A stretch of DNA of 64,000 nucleotides from an uncultured SAR324 cluster bacterium (lineage in GTDB: Bacteria; SAR324; NAC60-12), in the NCBI GenBank assembly GCA_905182865.1, contig CAJJCY010000002.1, positions 664,915 to 728,914 on the forward strand, given 5' to 3'. Made by a program: the position numbers and the translations under genes. The notes beneath the pieces are model-generated. The model worked only from the letters and a program-made list of their open reading frames with translations. It did not search any database and was not told the DNA's origin. Shown here piece after piece: positions 50,114 through 61,329 of the stretch. Each line of letters starts with the position of its first letter. Positions within the stretch are counted from its first letter, which is position 1.

Positions 50114-52264
50114 TTAAATTTTATTTGAAATGGCCGCCAGCACTTCACGCGCGGCTCCGGGGATTGGGGTTCCGGGTCCAAAAATACAGGCAACTCCGAG
50201 GCCCTTCAAAAAAGCATAATCATGTGGCGGAATCACGCCTCCCGCAACAACGACAATGTCTTCTGAATTTTCTTTTTCTAAAACCTTCATCAGCAGTTCA
50301 ATCAGAGTTTTGTGACCGGCGGCCTGAGAAGAAATACCAATCACGTGTACATCATTTTCTACGGCTTGTTTTGCAGCTTCTTGAGGGGTTTGAAAAAGGG
50401 GGCCTATATCCACATCAAAACCTAAATCAGCAAAAGCAGTTGCAATCACTTTTGCTCCCCTGTCGTGTCCATCCTGTCCCATTTTAGCCACCATTATTCT
50501 GGGACGCCGCCCTGCTTTTTTGGCAAAGGAATTGATTTCTTCACGGATAGAAGATATTTCTTTTTGATCTGAAAATGATTTGGCATATACTCCGGAAATT
50601 GTTTTGATGGGAGCATTGTATCGTCCCCAGATTTTTTCCATGGCAGCTGAAACCTCTCCGACAGTCGCACGTAAACGCATTGCTTCAATTGAGAGGGCCA
50701 GTAAATTACCTTCTCCAGTTTTCGCGGAATTGCTGATTGCGTTCAACACAGCATCAACTTTTTGCGGATCTCGATTTTTTCTAATTTTTTGCAGACGTTC
50801 GATTTGAGATTTTCTAACAGCACTGTTATCAATTTCGCGGACTTCCACCGGTTCCGCATTTTTTGCCTGATATTTGTTGGAACCTACAATCACTTCTTCA
50901 CCCTGGTCAATCAAAGCTTGTCTGCGTGCTGCGGCGGCCTCGATGCGCTGCTTGGGCATTCCGGATTCAACGGCTTTTGTCATGCCTCCAAGTTTTTCGA
51001 CTTCATCAATCAGTTTTGTTGCTTCCTCAATCAGTGATGCAGTCAGTGATTCCATAAAATAAGATCCTCCAAATGGGTCAACAACGTGCGGAATTCCTGC
51101 TTCTTCCTGTAAAATAAGTTGAGTGTTACGGGCAACTCGTGCAGATGTTTCAGTTGGTAGACCAAGTGCTTCGTCAAAGGCATTTGTGTGTAGTGACTGA
51201 GTTCCACCAAGTGTTGCAGCAAGAGCTTCGATTGTTGTACGGACATATTGTTAAATGGATCTTGCTCGGTTCAGGCTCCATCCTGATGTTTGACAATGTG
51301 TTCGTAAGCATTAATGACTTGGCTTTTTTGGCTTAAATGTTTATTCAGGTTGCCCATAGCAATCTTCGCAGCTCGTAATTTTGCTATTTCCATAAAATAA
51401 TTCATACCTATTGCCCAGAAGAAAGATAATCGAGGTGCAAACTGATCTATATCAATTCCAGCCTTTATTCCTGCTTTAACATATTCTAAGCCGTCAGCAA
51501 TGGTATATGCTAATTCAAGGTCAGCAGTCGCTCCGGCCTCTTGCATATGATAACCTGAAATTGCTATTGAATTAAATTTTGGCATATTCATCGAGGTATA
51601 TTGAAATATATCTGAGATTATTCTCATAGATGGTTTGGGAGGATATATGTATGTATTTCGTACCATAAATTCTTTTAATACATCATTTTGGATAGTACCT
51701 TTTAGTTGATCCTGAGTAACGCCTTGCTCTTCAGCTGCAACAATAAATAAAGCCATTATAGGAACTACTGCGCCATTCATTGTCATTGAAACAGACATTT
51801 GATCTAAAGGGAATCTGATCAAATAAAATTTTCATATCTTCAACTGAATCTATAGCCACTCCTGCTTTTCCCACATCTCCTACAACTCTCTCATGATCAG
51901 AATCATATCCGCGATGGGTAGCTAAATCAAAAGCGACGCTTAATCCTTCTTGTCCGTTCGCCAAATTTTTACGATAAAAAGCATTTGACTCTTCTGCAGT
52001 CGAAAAGCCGGCATATTGTCGGATTGTCCACGGACGACCGGAATACATTGTAGAGCGTGGTCCACGTGTGAACGGATGAAATCCGGAGAGTGTCTCTTTA
52101 TAACCAAAGTTTTCTAAATCTTCAGAAGTATAAAGAGGTTTTATTTCAATTCCTTCTGCAGTTTTCCAATGAATTGAAGAAGATGCTCCACCATCCAATT
52201 CACTAGAGGCTTGTTTTTTCCAGTCTTTTAGAGATGGTGATGAAGATTTTTTTGAATTTGACAT
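50114..52264 (-). CDS. scpA: Methylmalonyl-CoA mutase (several frameshifts)
   Basis: [52 protein letters not shown]12 domain [10 protein letters not shown]. Confidence 0.95.
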
Positions 52265-52305
52265 CTATACTTTTTAGCTAATAAAACTGTACACAAAAAA
52301 ACTGA

Positions 52306-53267
52306 CTACTCTTTACAACCAATAGTTTCCATCAATGTATTTGAAGATGTTTGGGCATTAGTGATGGCCTTTGTATTGTCACCAGAAAGCGTAAGTTTGC
52401 TTACACTTGCAGAGAGTTTGCTAATATAAGTTGTCATAGAGGCAATCGGATCACAAACCGCACTGCGGATTTCTATAGGTAACAAATTACCTGCAGACCA
52501 AGATGACTAATGCCGATATGCGCATCTGTAAGATCATCTCCTTCTAACGCTTCAAGTGCAGCTTTGACTCGGGCGCACTGCATCCCGTCACGTTCGGAAG
52601 ACCATAGATGACCGTCCATTGCCTTAAGCATTGCCGCCGCGTCTGTATTACTCGCACCGGAAACCTCAGTACAGGTCAGACTACCAGCGGAACCCCCAGG
52701 GGTTGTGGTTGTGCTGGTTGTGGCATTGTCATAGATAATAATCTGGTTCAACTGCATTGCGAAAGAAAGGGCGAAAGTATTAAGAAATATTTCATCAGTA
52801 GTTAGAGGGGAACTGTTATCACTCAGATAAGGATGCAACAGCGCGGAAGCGCTATCAAGATTATTTTTTGAACTCGTGATTGCTGCTGCCCGTTTAGTAT
52901 CATTATCTAAGACTGCTACACTTAACTGGAGAATATTTAAAATAGAAGCTCCAGTAACATCGTCAGTCCCTAAACTAACGTCCGAAGGTGCTGTATATGC
53001 CGTTGCAGAGGAACCGGACGATTTTAGCAAGTTAATGATATCATATCCGGCCTTACCCATGTAAGCAGATGCTTTGTCTTTTCTTGAAGTACAAACTGAT
53101 ACTGCTTTATCGTAATTTCTGGCGTCGATTGCACTATTGCAAGCACCAGTCTCTGATTCTTTCACCAAATCACCACAGGCCGAAAGAACGAGAAAAATTC
53201 CGAAAATAATACTCCAATGCATAATTAGTTGCCAAAATTTCTGCTTTACTAGTATATGTTTTAGCAT
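52306..53267 (-). CDS. Hypothetical lipoprotein (frameshift ~52470-52520)
   Basis: LSAC lipobox; shifted frame continues ...CDPIASMTTY...METIGCKE* to TAG at 52306. Confidence 0.65.
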
Positions 53268-53269
53268 TG

Positions 53270-54475
53270 CTAAAATCCTAAATTAATTTGTAACACTCTT
53301 CGTTTGTCAGGTCTATCTCCAATTTGATCGCCTGTTTCTGTCTTGTAAACTGCATATTGAATGTTGAGACCACGAAAAAATATGAATGGGTTCAACTCAA
53401 ATCCATAAGTAAAATACCCCTGATTGAATCCGGCACGAACCGCAAATGTACTTGCTCCTGAATCAATTGGAAAAAACCCAAACTCAGTTCCAATGTGGAG
53501 ACGCTTCCAGATGCAATCAGTGCCTTTATTTGACTGGCAATAGGTGTCATCTGCATGTTTCATTGTCAAGTCACGGAGATCAATTGCATAAAGCATTCGT
53601 AAAGGCCCCCAGGCAGGTTGCCAGGAAAGACCTGTGCTCAATTCAAGGTTTTGATCAGACGGGTTGGTTTCATTATCGGAACGATTGAATTTGAGACCAC
53701 CAATATTGTAAGCACTCATACCCCAGATCATTTTCATGGCAGAAGCGGTTTCAAGACGTCTTTGAAAACCGAAATTGAACGTTTGGGCACGTTTAAGATC
53801 TGTGAGTTTACAACTACCAAATGAGCTGCTAAGGTTCGTATTTGACAAAATGTCGCCCAAAGTAGCTGTAGTTAATGGAATATCACATCGTTCAACAGTC
53901 TCGACTCCAGCACCGACCAGCCAGCGACCTCGTGCCACCGGCATAGCAAATCCCATGTTACTAATACTGTCCAGGCGAAAGCCAAAATCAATTTCAATAG
54001 AAACTGGATTACGAACTCCTAAATCAAACTGTGTTTCATACCCGCTGGCCACACCAAAAGTCATCAGTTCTCCAAAAGGCATTATCAGGTTTAAATCAAT
54101 TAAATTCCGAAAGTGTACACGCTTACCCATCAGCAAAGCGACTATATCTGCGGTTTTTGCATCACCACCCAGTTTTGAAATTTCATTAACAATTGAAACT
54201 GAATCATCTGAGACTTCATTTAATATTGGAAAACCAACCAAAATGGAGTCAACACTGGCCATACCTGCCGGGTTATAAAAAAGCGCATTTTCGTCAAAAC
54301 TCAGGGCAATCCCAGTATTACCCATACCTAAATTACGAATACCCTGTACTGGTCGACGCAGTTCTCCAGTTTGGGCCTGTAATGTGAAAACTCCTCCCAG
54401 GCACAGCAATATTACCGAGACAAACAGATAACGAATGTGGTAGCGTAAACAAGACATTTTGACAAATAACGACAT
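53270..54475 (-). CDS. TraF-like/FadL-like outer-membrane beta-barrel
   Basis: RNLGMGNTGIA....ENALFYNPAG N-terminal motif; RLHIGTE, VRAGFNQGYFTYG; ends INLGF. Confidence 0.7.
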   Translation of the reverse strand: MSLFVKMSCLRYHIRYLFVSVILLCLGGVFTLQAQTGELRRPVQGIRNLGMGNTGIALSFDENALFYNPAGMASVDSILVGFPILNEVSDDSVSIVNEISKLGGDAKTADIVALLMGKRVHFRNLIDLNLIMPFGELMTFGVASGYETQFDLGVRNPVSIEIDFGFRLDSISNMGFAMPVARGRWLVGAGVETVERCDIPLTTATLGDILSNTNLSSSFGSCKLTDLKRAQTFNFGFQRRLETASAMKMIWGMSAYNIGGLKFNRSDNETNPSDQNLELSTGLSWQPAWGPLRMLYAIDLRDLTMKHADDTYCQSNKGTDCIWKRLHIGTEFGFFPIDSGASTFAVRAGFNQGYFTYGFELNPFIFFRGLNIQYAVYKTETGDQIGDRPDKRRVLQINLGF

Positions 54476-54622
54476 TGATACTTTGGAATTTTCGGTTTAA
54501 CTTAAATCAACTTTGAGATTGATGCACCCTTTGTGCAAATTATATGTTGCTTAATTTACAGTATATCGTCTATGACTTAGTAGCTTAAGCCTAATCATTT
54601 TCTCTACACACTTAATATTTTT

Positions 54623-57397
54623 ATGCCCAGACTATTCGCAGTTGATTCAATGGCGGTGCTTTACCGCGGATATTTTGCCATGATCCGGACTCCACTTATT
54701 AATTCAAAAGGTTTAAATACAAGTGGAGTTAGGGCTTTTTTAATGCAATTGGTCAAAATTATTGAAGAAGAAAAGCCGGATTATTTAGCAGTTACTTCTG
54801 ATTCATCTGAACCCACTTTTCGCCACAAACGATTTCCGGATTACAAAGCAACACGAGAAAAAATGCCGGAAGATCTGGTTGAGCAGCTTCCATATTTGCC
54901 AAGGCTGGTTGAGGCACTTAATTTGCCATATTTGATTTTGCCAGGATTTGAAGCAGATGATATTGTCGGTACCCTGATGAGACTTTGTCAGGAGGCCGAA
55001 ATAGAAGGTGTGATGGTGACCAGTGACAAAGATTACATGCAGTTAATAACAGATAAAATAGTAATACTGAATCACCGTAACGAGCGGATAGGGATTCCGG
55101 GAGTTCGAGAAAAATTTGGCTGTGCTCCGGACCAGGTGATTGAAATGCTGGGGCTGATGGGTGATTCTTCGGACAATATTCCGGGCGTCCGAGGTGTTGG
55201 AGAGAAAACGGCCATGAAGTTGATTGCAGAATATGGAAACATTCAATCGGTTTATGAAAATTTGGAAAACATCAATGGAAAAAGTCTTAAAGAAAAATTG
55301 ACTGCAAATCATGAAAATGCACTCTTGTCCAGAGAGCTTGCTACCATTGATTGTCATGTGCCTATTTCGGTCACGCTTGAGGATGTTCATTTGGGTGAAA
55401 CTGATTTATATGATAATCCGAAATTTTTTGCATTACTGGAAGAATTGGAATTCAGAACTCTGCTAAATCGTCTGCATAAAAAAAGTGCGGCAGGAAGCAA
55501 AAAACAGGAAGAGGTTAACCTGCGTGAGGATGAAAAAAATAAAGAAAAAGGTGAATTTGTAGCGGAAACAGAAGGTGAATGGAATGTGCTTGAAATCAGT
55601 TGTTATAAAATTGAAACTACTGAACAATTCCAGGCTTACATGTCAGAGGTTCCGGAAGGAAAAAGCCTGGCCCTTGCCCTGAATACACAAGGCGATCATC
55701 AACTTGAATTTCGGCTTTTGGGGCTCGCTCTTTGTGCGAATCAGGATCAAGGCATTTATCTTGATTTGAGAAATGCAGATTCAGAGTCAGCTGAGTTGTT
55801 TGCAGAAGTAAAAAAAATACTGGAGTCTGAGGCTTTCCCAAAGATCTTTCATGGTTTGAAAAAAGCCGTACAACTTTTTACAAACCTTGGTATCGAGTTA
55901 AAGGGAATTGGATCTGATGTCATGCTTGCCGCCCACATCACAGATCCATTGGGAAGACGCTATGACTTGGATTATCTGCTGGGACGTAAATTGAATCTGC
56001 GTCGAAAACCGATAAAATCAGCTGAAAAGTTACCCCCAGAAAATCAGCTTTCGATGTTTGAGGAAGCCGATAAAGAAGAATATATTCTGCATTGTGAAAA
56101 CTCCTCAATCATATTACGTTTGCACGGACTGCTTGGTGCCCAACTAAAACAAACTGGAATGGATGGAGCTTTCTGGAATATTGAAATACCTCTTGCAGGA
56201 ACTATTGCAAAGCTGGAACTGAATGGTGTAAAGCTTGATGTTGATGGTTTGGCAAAAATTGCAATTGAATTTGATGGCCGTTTGGTTGAGTTTCGTCAAA
56301 AAATTTTTGATTTGGCCGGAGAAGAATTTAATCCTAACTCCATTGTAGAACTGCAAAATATTATTTACGAGAAACTGCGTCTTCATGAACGTTTTAAGGT
56401 AAAACCCAAAAAAATAAAGCTGGGCAACCAAATGTCTACAGACGAGGAAACCCTGGAAAAATTAGCTGCAGACGAATTGCCCCGTACAATTTTAGCTTAC
56501 CGCACTCTCAATAAACTTAAAAACACATATGTAGATCAACTACCAACCTATGTGCATGCTGAAAGCGGCCGAATCCATTCAACTTTTAGGCAGACGGGGA
56601 CTGCAACAGGACGTCTCTCATCGGAAAATCCAAATCTGCAAAATATTCCTGTACGCACCAGTGAGGGGCGCCGTATTCGTCGTGCCTTTATAGCGTCGGG
56701 CGCAGATAAGATTCTAATTTCAGCAGACTACAGCCAAATCGAATTGCGAGTAGTTGCTCATTATTCAAAGGATCCAACATTTATGGATGCATATCGACGC
56801 AACCTTGATATTCATTCGTTGACGGCTTCAGCTATCTTCAGTGTACCGGAACAAGACGTGACGCGAGAAATGCGTTCTCGAGCGAAAGAAGTTAATTTTG
56901 GCCTGATCTACAGAATGGGACCGGAGAGGCTTTCAGTTGTAACAAAAACTTCCAAAGTTGAAGCAAAAGAATTTATTGAACGTTATTTCCAGAAATACAG
57001 TACCATTCATGCCCTCCAGGAAAGATTTTTGGGACAAGCACGTAAAGAGGGTTTTTCAGAAACATTATTCGGGAGAAGACGTTACCTTCCTGAGATAAAC
57101 GCTAAAGGTCTCTTGAAAAGGATGGCGGAGGGAGCCGCAATCAATACACCCATCCAGGGTTCTGCCGCAGAAATCATTAAGTTAGCCATGATTGCTGTTG
57201 ATCAGAGTATTCGGGAAAAACAAATGCAGTCCAGAATGATTTTGACAGTCCACGATGAACTGGTCTTTGATACATTACTAGAAGAGGAAGAAGAACTTTG
57301 TGAAATGGTTAAGCATACAATGGAAAATGTAGTTGGACTTGAGGTGCCGCTTCTGGTGGAAATTGGTAAAGGTAAAACATGGATTGATGCACATTGA
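54623..57397 (+). CDS. polA: DNA polymerase I
   Basis: 5'-3' exonuclease (FEADD, TSDKD, GDSSDNIPGV.GVG.KTA); TGRLSS.NPNLQNIP, ADYSQIELR, NTPIQGSAA, VHDEL. Confidence 0.97.
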   Translation: MPRLFAVDSMAVLYRGYFAMIRTPLINSKGLNTSGVRAFLMQLVKIIEEEKPDYLAVTSDSSEPTFRHKRFPDYKATREKMPEDLVEQLPYLPRLVEALNLPYLILPGFEADDIVGTLMRLCQEAEIEGVMVTSDKDYMQLITDKIVILNHRNERIGIPGVREKFGCAPDQVIEMLGLMGDSSDNIPGVRGVGEKTAMKLIAEYGNIQSVYENLENINGKSLKEKLTANHENALLSRELATIDCHVPISVTLEDVHLGETDLYDNPKFFALLEELEFRTLLNRLHKKSAAGSKKQEEVNLREDEKNKEKGEFVAETEGEWNVLEISCYKIETTEQFQAYMSEVPEGKSLALALNTQGDHQLEFRLLGLALCANQDQGIYLDLRNADSESAELFAEVKKILESEAFPKIFHGLKKAVQLFTNLGIELKGIGSDVMLAAHITDPLGRRYDLDYLLGRKLNLRRKPIKSAEKLPPENQLSMFEEADKEEYILHCENSSIILRLHGLLGAQLKQTGMDGAFWNIEIPLAGTIAKLELNGVKLDVDGLAKIAIEFDGRLVEFRQKIFDLAGEEFNPNSIVELQNIIYEKLRLHERFKVKPKKIKLGNQMSTDEETLEKLAADELPRTILAYRTLNKLKNTYVDQLPTYVHAESGRIHSTFRQTGTATGRLSSENPNLQNIPVRTSEGRRIRRAFIASGADKILISADYSQIELRVVAHYSKDPTFMDAYRRNLDIHSLTASAIFSVPEQDVTREMRSRAKEVNFGLIYRMGPERLSVVTKTSKVEAKEFIERYFQKYSTIHALQERFLGQARKEGFSETLFGRRRYLPEINAKGLLKRMAEGAAINTPIQGSAAEIIKLAMIAVDQSIREKQMQSRMILTVHDELVFDTLLEEEEELCEMVKHTMENVVGLEVPLLVEIGKGKTWIDAH

Positions 57398-57648
57398 TCT
57401 TTGATTAACTCGATAGTTTTCTGATTAAATTTATTCTTATATTTTAGAAAAATAATAGCTAAAACAATCTATTAGCAAAAAGAATACTAGTTAATTTTAT
57501 GCAAAATTATTAAATTTTCACTTGCCTTTATAAAAAGGTCTAGTAAAATTATTAAATAAGTCTATATTTCGTCATTAATAGAAATTGAAGGAAATAACTT
57601 CAAGTTTAAATAATTTGTAACACTGCATTTCCCGTAGTTTATTGAAAA

Positions 57649-59517
57649 GTGGGTAACATGAAAAACAATTTAATTAAGATAAATAGTTTTCGAAAGCCAG
57701 TTTACTATTTCACAGTACTTAACTGGATATTGATAATTGGAGCAAATGTTTTTTTTGGCAATAAACTGGAAGCACAGGAGCAGTCAAGTGTTGATCATGA
57801 TACAACGCCTCCTGTGGTTAAAATGGAGTTGGTGCCACCAAATGAGCATAAACTACATCCTTATGTAAACGACGAAAAATTTATTTACTGGCCCAAGGAT
57901 AAGCCGATCTTCTTTTGGCTTGGAACTTCCAGCAACGACAAGACTGAACTCTTCCCACTATTACATTCTGGTACCATGAACTCAACTGGAAATTGGAAAC
58001 CAGATACAGCAAATGACTTGGAAAAATACCGAAGTGAGGGGCTTAAACTGGAAATCAGCAGTAATCAGTTTGTTCGCTGGCTGAATCACTACAACAAAAA
58101 AGCAACAACGATGCGCTTTATCGCTGACGGAGTTGCCCCAGAAAGTCAGTTGCAATTTGTTTCAAAAAAACGAGTTAAGGATATCTATGGGCTATACTTT
58201 TCCGGTGATGCAATCGCAACTTTGAATGCTAAAGATGCATTATCAGGAGTAGAGCAAACCTACCTTTCAGTCAATGGGAAAACATTTTTACCCTCTGATG
58301 GAATGAAATTTTCTGAAGAAGGATATTATCTGCTGCGACATTATGCGGTAGACAGGGTGGGGAATACCTCTGAACTTGAACAGATTCGTTTTTACATTGA
58401 TAAAACACCACCTGTCACAAATTTGAAAATGGTTAATGCCACCAAAAATATTTTTGGTCCAAAATCAACTTTGTCAATACCAAGTCAAGACAAACTTTCT
58501 GGTGTCAATGTTTCTTACTATAAATGGAATTCAGGAGTGTATAAAAAGTCTTATAAAAATCGTATTTTATTTGAAGGTGTGAAAGAAGGTGCAAATATAT
58601 TACAGTTTTATACAGAAGACTTAGTAGGTAATACTGAAAAAATTCACAAAGTAACTCTCGGTTTTGACAAAAATGCTCCGGAAGTTTCGCATGAAATAAA
58701 AGGTGATCAGTATATTGAAGGTGGAAAAGTTTTTTTGTCTTCACGTTCCCAAATATTTCTGAAGGCAGTAGACGAGATGGTTGATATTAAGTCAATTGAA
58801 TACCAGGTAAATGGTCTATCATATGGTAACTACGAGATATCTTTTCGACCCCCGGTACAAACAGGTGAATTCAAAATGGACTATCAGGGAATCGATATAA
58901 TTGGTAACAAATCTAATCTTGTTTCAGTAAATTTTGTCGTTGATTCACAAAGTCCAACCACACAGCTTATTACTGATGGAGTGACTTACAGGCGTGGTCC
59001 CAATGTAATCTGGATGAACTCAAAAACTCGAATCTCATTGAAAGCATTAGATAATGTCTCTGGAGTTCAGTCCATATTCTATAAATTGGATGAAAATAAA
59101 GAGTTGCTTTATAAAGGTTCATTTACTATTTCAGATGAAGGACGCCACACTTTTGAATTCTCATCAGTTGATCATGTCAACAATAAAGAGGTTTTGACAC
59201 CTGTGCTCCTTGTAGTTGATGATACACCACCAGAAATTAAGGCTGTCTTCAACAGGTCTGCAGTTGGTAGTGAAGGAGGAGATGGAGATGATAAAATAAA
59301 CGTGTATCCACTATATACTACTCTATTTCTCAATGCAGATGACAATTCTGCTAAGCTAAAGGGAGTTCGTTTTAGTATTAACGGAAGCCCTAAAGAGGCT
59401 TATCAGGAAGCTTTGTTGCTGGATAAGCCTGGTAATTATTACGTTATCGTCGAAGCTGAAGACAACCTCGGGAACATTTCTAACAAGAAAATGATTTTTA
59501 TTGTCAAAGCAGGCTGA
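57649..59517 (+). CDS. Secreted protein with OmpL47-type/Ig-like repeats
   Basis: Repeated D..PP...A.D..SGV...Y...G.....Y...EG......Y..D.VGN units; signal peptide. Confidence 0.75.
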   Translation: MGNMKNNLIKINSFRKPVYYFTVLNWILIIGANVFFGNKLEAQEQSSVDHDTTPPVVKMELVPPNEHKLHPYVNDEKFIYWPKDKPIFFWLGTSSNDKTELFPLLHSGTMNSTGNWKPDTANDLEKYRSEGLKLEISSNQFVRWLNHYNKKATTMRFIADGVAPESQLQFVSKKRVKDIYGLYFSGDAIATLNAKDALSGVEQTYLSVNGKTFLPSDGMKFSEEGYYLLRHYAVDRVGNTSELEQIRFYIDKTPPVTNLKMVNATKNIFGPKSTLSIPSQDKLSGVNVSYYKWNSGVYKKSYKNRILFEGVKEGANILQFYTEDLVGNTEKIHKVTLGFDKNAPEVSHEIKGDQYIEGGKVFLSSRSQIFLKAVDEMVDIKSIEYQVNGLSYGNYEISFRPPVQTGEFKMDYQGIDIIGNKSNLVSVNFVVDSQSPTTQLITDGVTYRRGPNVIWMNSKTRISLKALDNVSGVQSIFYKLDENKELLYKGSFTISDEGRHTFEFSSVDHVNNKEVLTPVLLVVDDTPPEIKAVFNRSAVGSEGGDGDDKINVYPLYTTLFLNADDNSAKLKGVRFSINGSPKEAYQEALLLDKPGNYYVIVEAEDNLGNISNKKMIFIVKAG

Positions 59518-59749
59518 TATTTTAACGTTGGTCAGAAAATTTGGTGCATTATTCTTTCGTTTGAAAATGATGAAATCAGCTGAATGCTTCTGATTCCTGC
59601 CAGTTTAAATGTTATTTGAATAAACTGGATTTTTGTTTGAAACTGTTTAGTTTTTGATTCAGATACACAAAGACTCTTGAAATAAGACCTTTGCGCGTGT
59701 GTATGTTTACAGGTCACTCCTTCCAAAAAATTGTTTAGTGCTTACTTAA

Positions 59750-59892
59750 TGATGCAGCAGTAAAAATTCCTAAAACCGTGTCATTTCGAGCGAAGCGGGA
59801 AATCTTGTTGAATCATTCACACTAATATCATTAAAAATTTTACCTACAGTTTAAATGGCTGTGAAGATTATAGACTTATTACAAGACCGTCA
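59750..59892. mobile_element. MITE/REP-like palindromic element, copy 2 (more decayed)
   Basis: Shares TGTCATTT.GAGCGAAGCG.GAAATCTTG, CTAATATCATTAA and AGACTTATTAC with 17810-17954 in the same order and similar spacing. Confidence 0.7.
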
Positions 59893-59970
59893 TTTAATAA
59901 AATTTTTAAATTAATTAAGTATTTTAAACAAGGTTTCTTAGAATATTATCCACTTTACAGGAGTAAAATC

Positions 59971-60246
59971 ATGGTTACAGCACTTGTATTATTAAATATA
60001 GAGCGTCAACATATTAAATTAATTTCGCAACAACTAGTTGATATGCAGGAAGTCTCAGAGGTCTATTCTGTTGCAGGCAGGTACGATTTAGTGGCGATTG
60101 TACGGGTAAAAAACAATCAGCAAATTGCGGACACAATAACAGTAAAATTTGGAGAACTTAATGGAATTACTGCTACAGAAACATTAATTGCTTTCAACAC
60201 GTTTTCGCGACACGATCTGGAACACATGTTTTCAATCGGAGAGTGA
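59971..60246 (+). CDS. Stand-alone Lrp/AsnC ligand-binding domain protein
   Basis: MVTALVLLN...EVSEVYSVAGRYDLVAIV...GITATETLIAF; no HTH; AGGAG RBS. Confidence 0.88.
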   Translation: MVTALVLLNIERQHIKLISQQLVDMQEVSEVYSVAGRYDLVAIVRVKNNQQIADTITVKFGELNGITATETLIAFNTFSRHDLEHMFSIGE

Positions 60247-60252
60247 GAACAC

Positions 60253-61329
60253 GTGTCAGACTCAAATCTGCTGCAAAGTATAAAAGTCCGGGATACAATT
60301 TCACGGATGAGTTTCTACGATCCTCCGCTTGAGAATCGTAATCCGGAAGAGAATTTGTTGATGGATTTCAATGAACCTCCGCTTCCTCCTCCCAAAGAAG
60401 TTATCGATAAAATAGCTCATTTCCTGAAAAATCGCGCTCATGTATATCCTGTGTACGGTGATTTTCTTGAGGTGTTGAGTAAATATACCGGTGCCTCACA
60501 AGACAGTTTACTACTGACAAATGGTTCGGATCAGGCAATAGACGTCATTTTGCGCTGTTTACTAGAAAGTGGTGAGGAAGTGGCAATGGTTCAACCTGGA
60601 TTTGCAATGTTTAAGCAAGTAGCAGGAACAATAGGGTGTCAGGTAGTTGGTCCTTTATTTCCTCCAGATCTTAATTTTCCTCATGAAGAATTGAAAGATG
60701 CAGTGAATCCACAGACCCGTTTAATTGTGGTCATAAATCCAAATAATCCCACTGGAACCTCTGTTTCGCAAGATCAAATTGAGGATTTGCTGAAAACATT
60801 TCCTGATGTTCCTGTTCTGGTTGACGAAGCCTATTTCGAATTTACCGAACAAACTTGTGTACCTCTATTAACAAATTATCCAAATTTGATAATTATCCGC
60901 ACTTTTTCCAAGGCATTGGGTTTGCCAAGTTTGCGTTTGGGCTATGTAATTGCGAGACCAGACTTTATTGTTCATCTCAAAAAAATACGTGGACCTTATG
61001 ATGTGAACCTGGTTGCAGTTTTAGCTGCGCGAGAACAACTGAATCATCCTGAGCATTGGCAAGGACTTGTAAGACATATAATGGATGAGAGTAAACCTGC
61101 ACTTGAAAAATATTTTAACGAACAGCAGGTCAAATATTATTTAGGAGCAGCCAATTTTATGTTGGTTGAACCACATAATATTATAAAAGCAACTACATTT
61201 TTGAAGGAAAATAAAATACTTGTCCGGATGATGAGTGCACCCATTTCCCACACTTTTCGAATGAGCCTCAGGATGATGCCGGATATGCGTCGTTTTATGG
61301 AGGTTTACAGCAGGTTTTTAAACTCTTAA
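60253..61329 (+). CDS. hisC: Histidinol-phosphate aminotransferase-like (class I/II PLP)
   Basis: DFNE, TNGSDQAI, NPNNPTG, VDEAYFEF, RTFSKALGLPSLRLGY. Confidence 0.8.
   Translation: MSDSNLLQSIKVRDTISRMSFYDPPLENRNPEENLLMDFNEPPLPPPKEVIDKIAHFLKNRAHVYPVYGDFLEVLSKYTGASQDSLLLTNGSDQAIDVILRCLLESGEEVAMVQPGFAMFKQVAGTIGCQVVGPLFPPDLNFPHEELKDAVNPQTRLIVVINPNNPTGTSVSQDQIEDLLKTFPDVPVLVDEAYFEFTEQTCVPLLTNYPNLIIIRTFSKALGLPSLRLGYVIARPDFIVHLKKIRGPYDVNLVAVLAAREQLNHPEHWQGLVRHIMDESKPALEKYFNEQQVKYYLGAANFMLVEPHNIIKATTFLKENKILVRMMSAPISHTFRMSLRMMPDMRRFMEVYSRFLNS

Noticed and set aside
51271-51273. TGA inside methylmalonyl-CoA mutase as recoding
   Set aside because: It results from indels in the conserved TSGWSLTEQD segment; the frame shifts rather than reading through.
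53270-54475. Conjugative element, given the TraF-like barrel
   Set aside because: No relaxase, VirB4 or other tra genes; this barrel family also occurs chromosomally.
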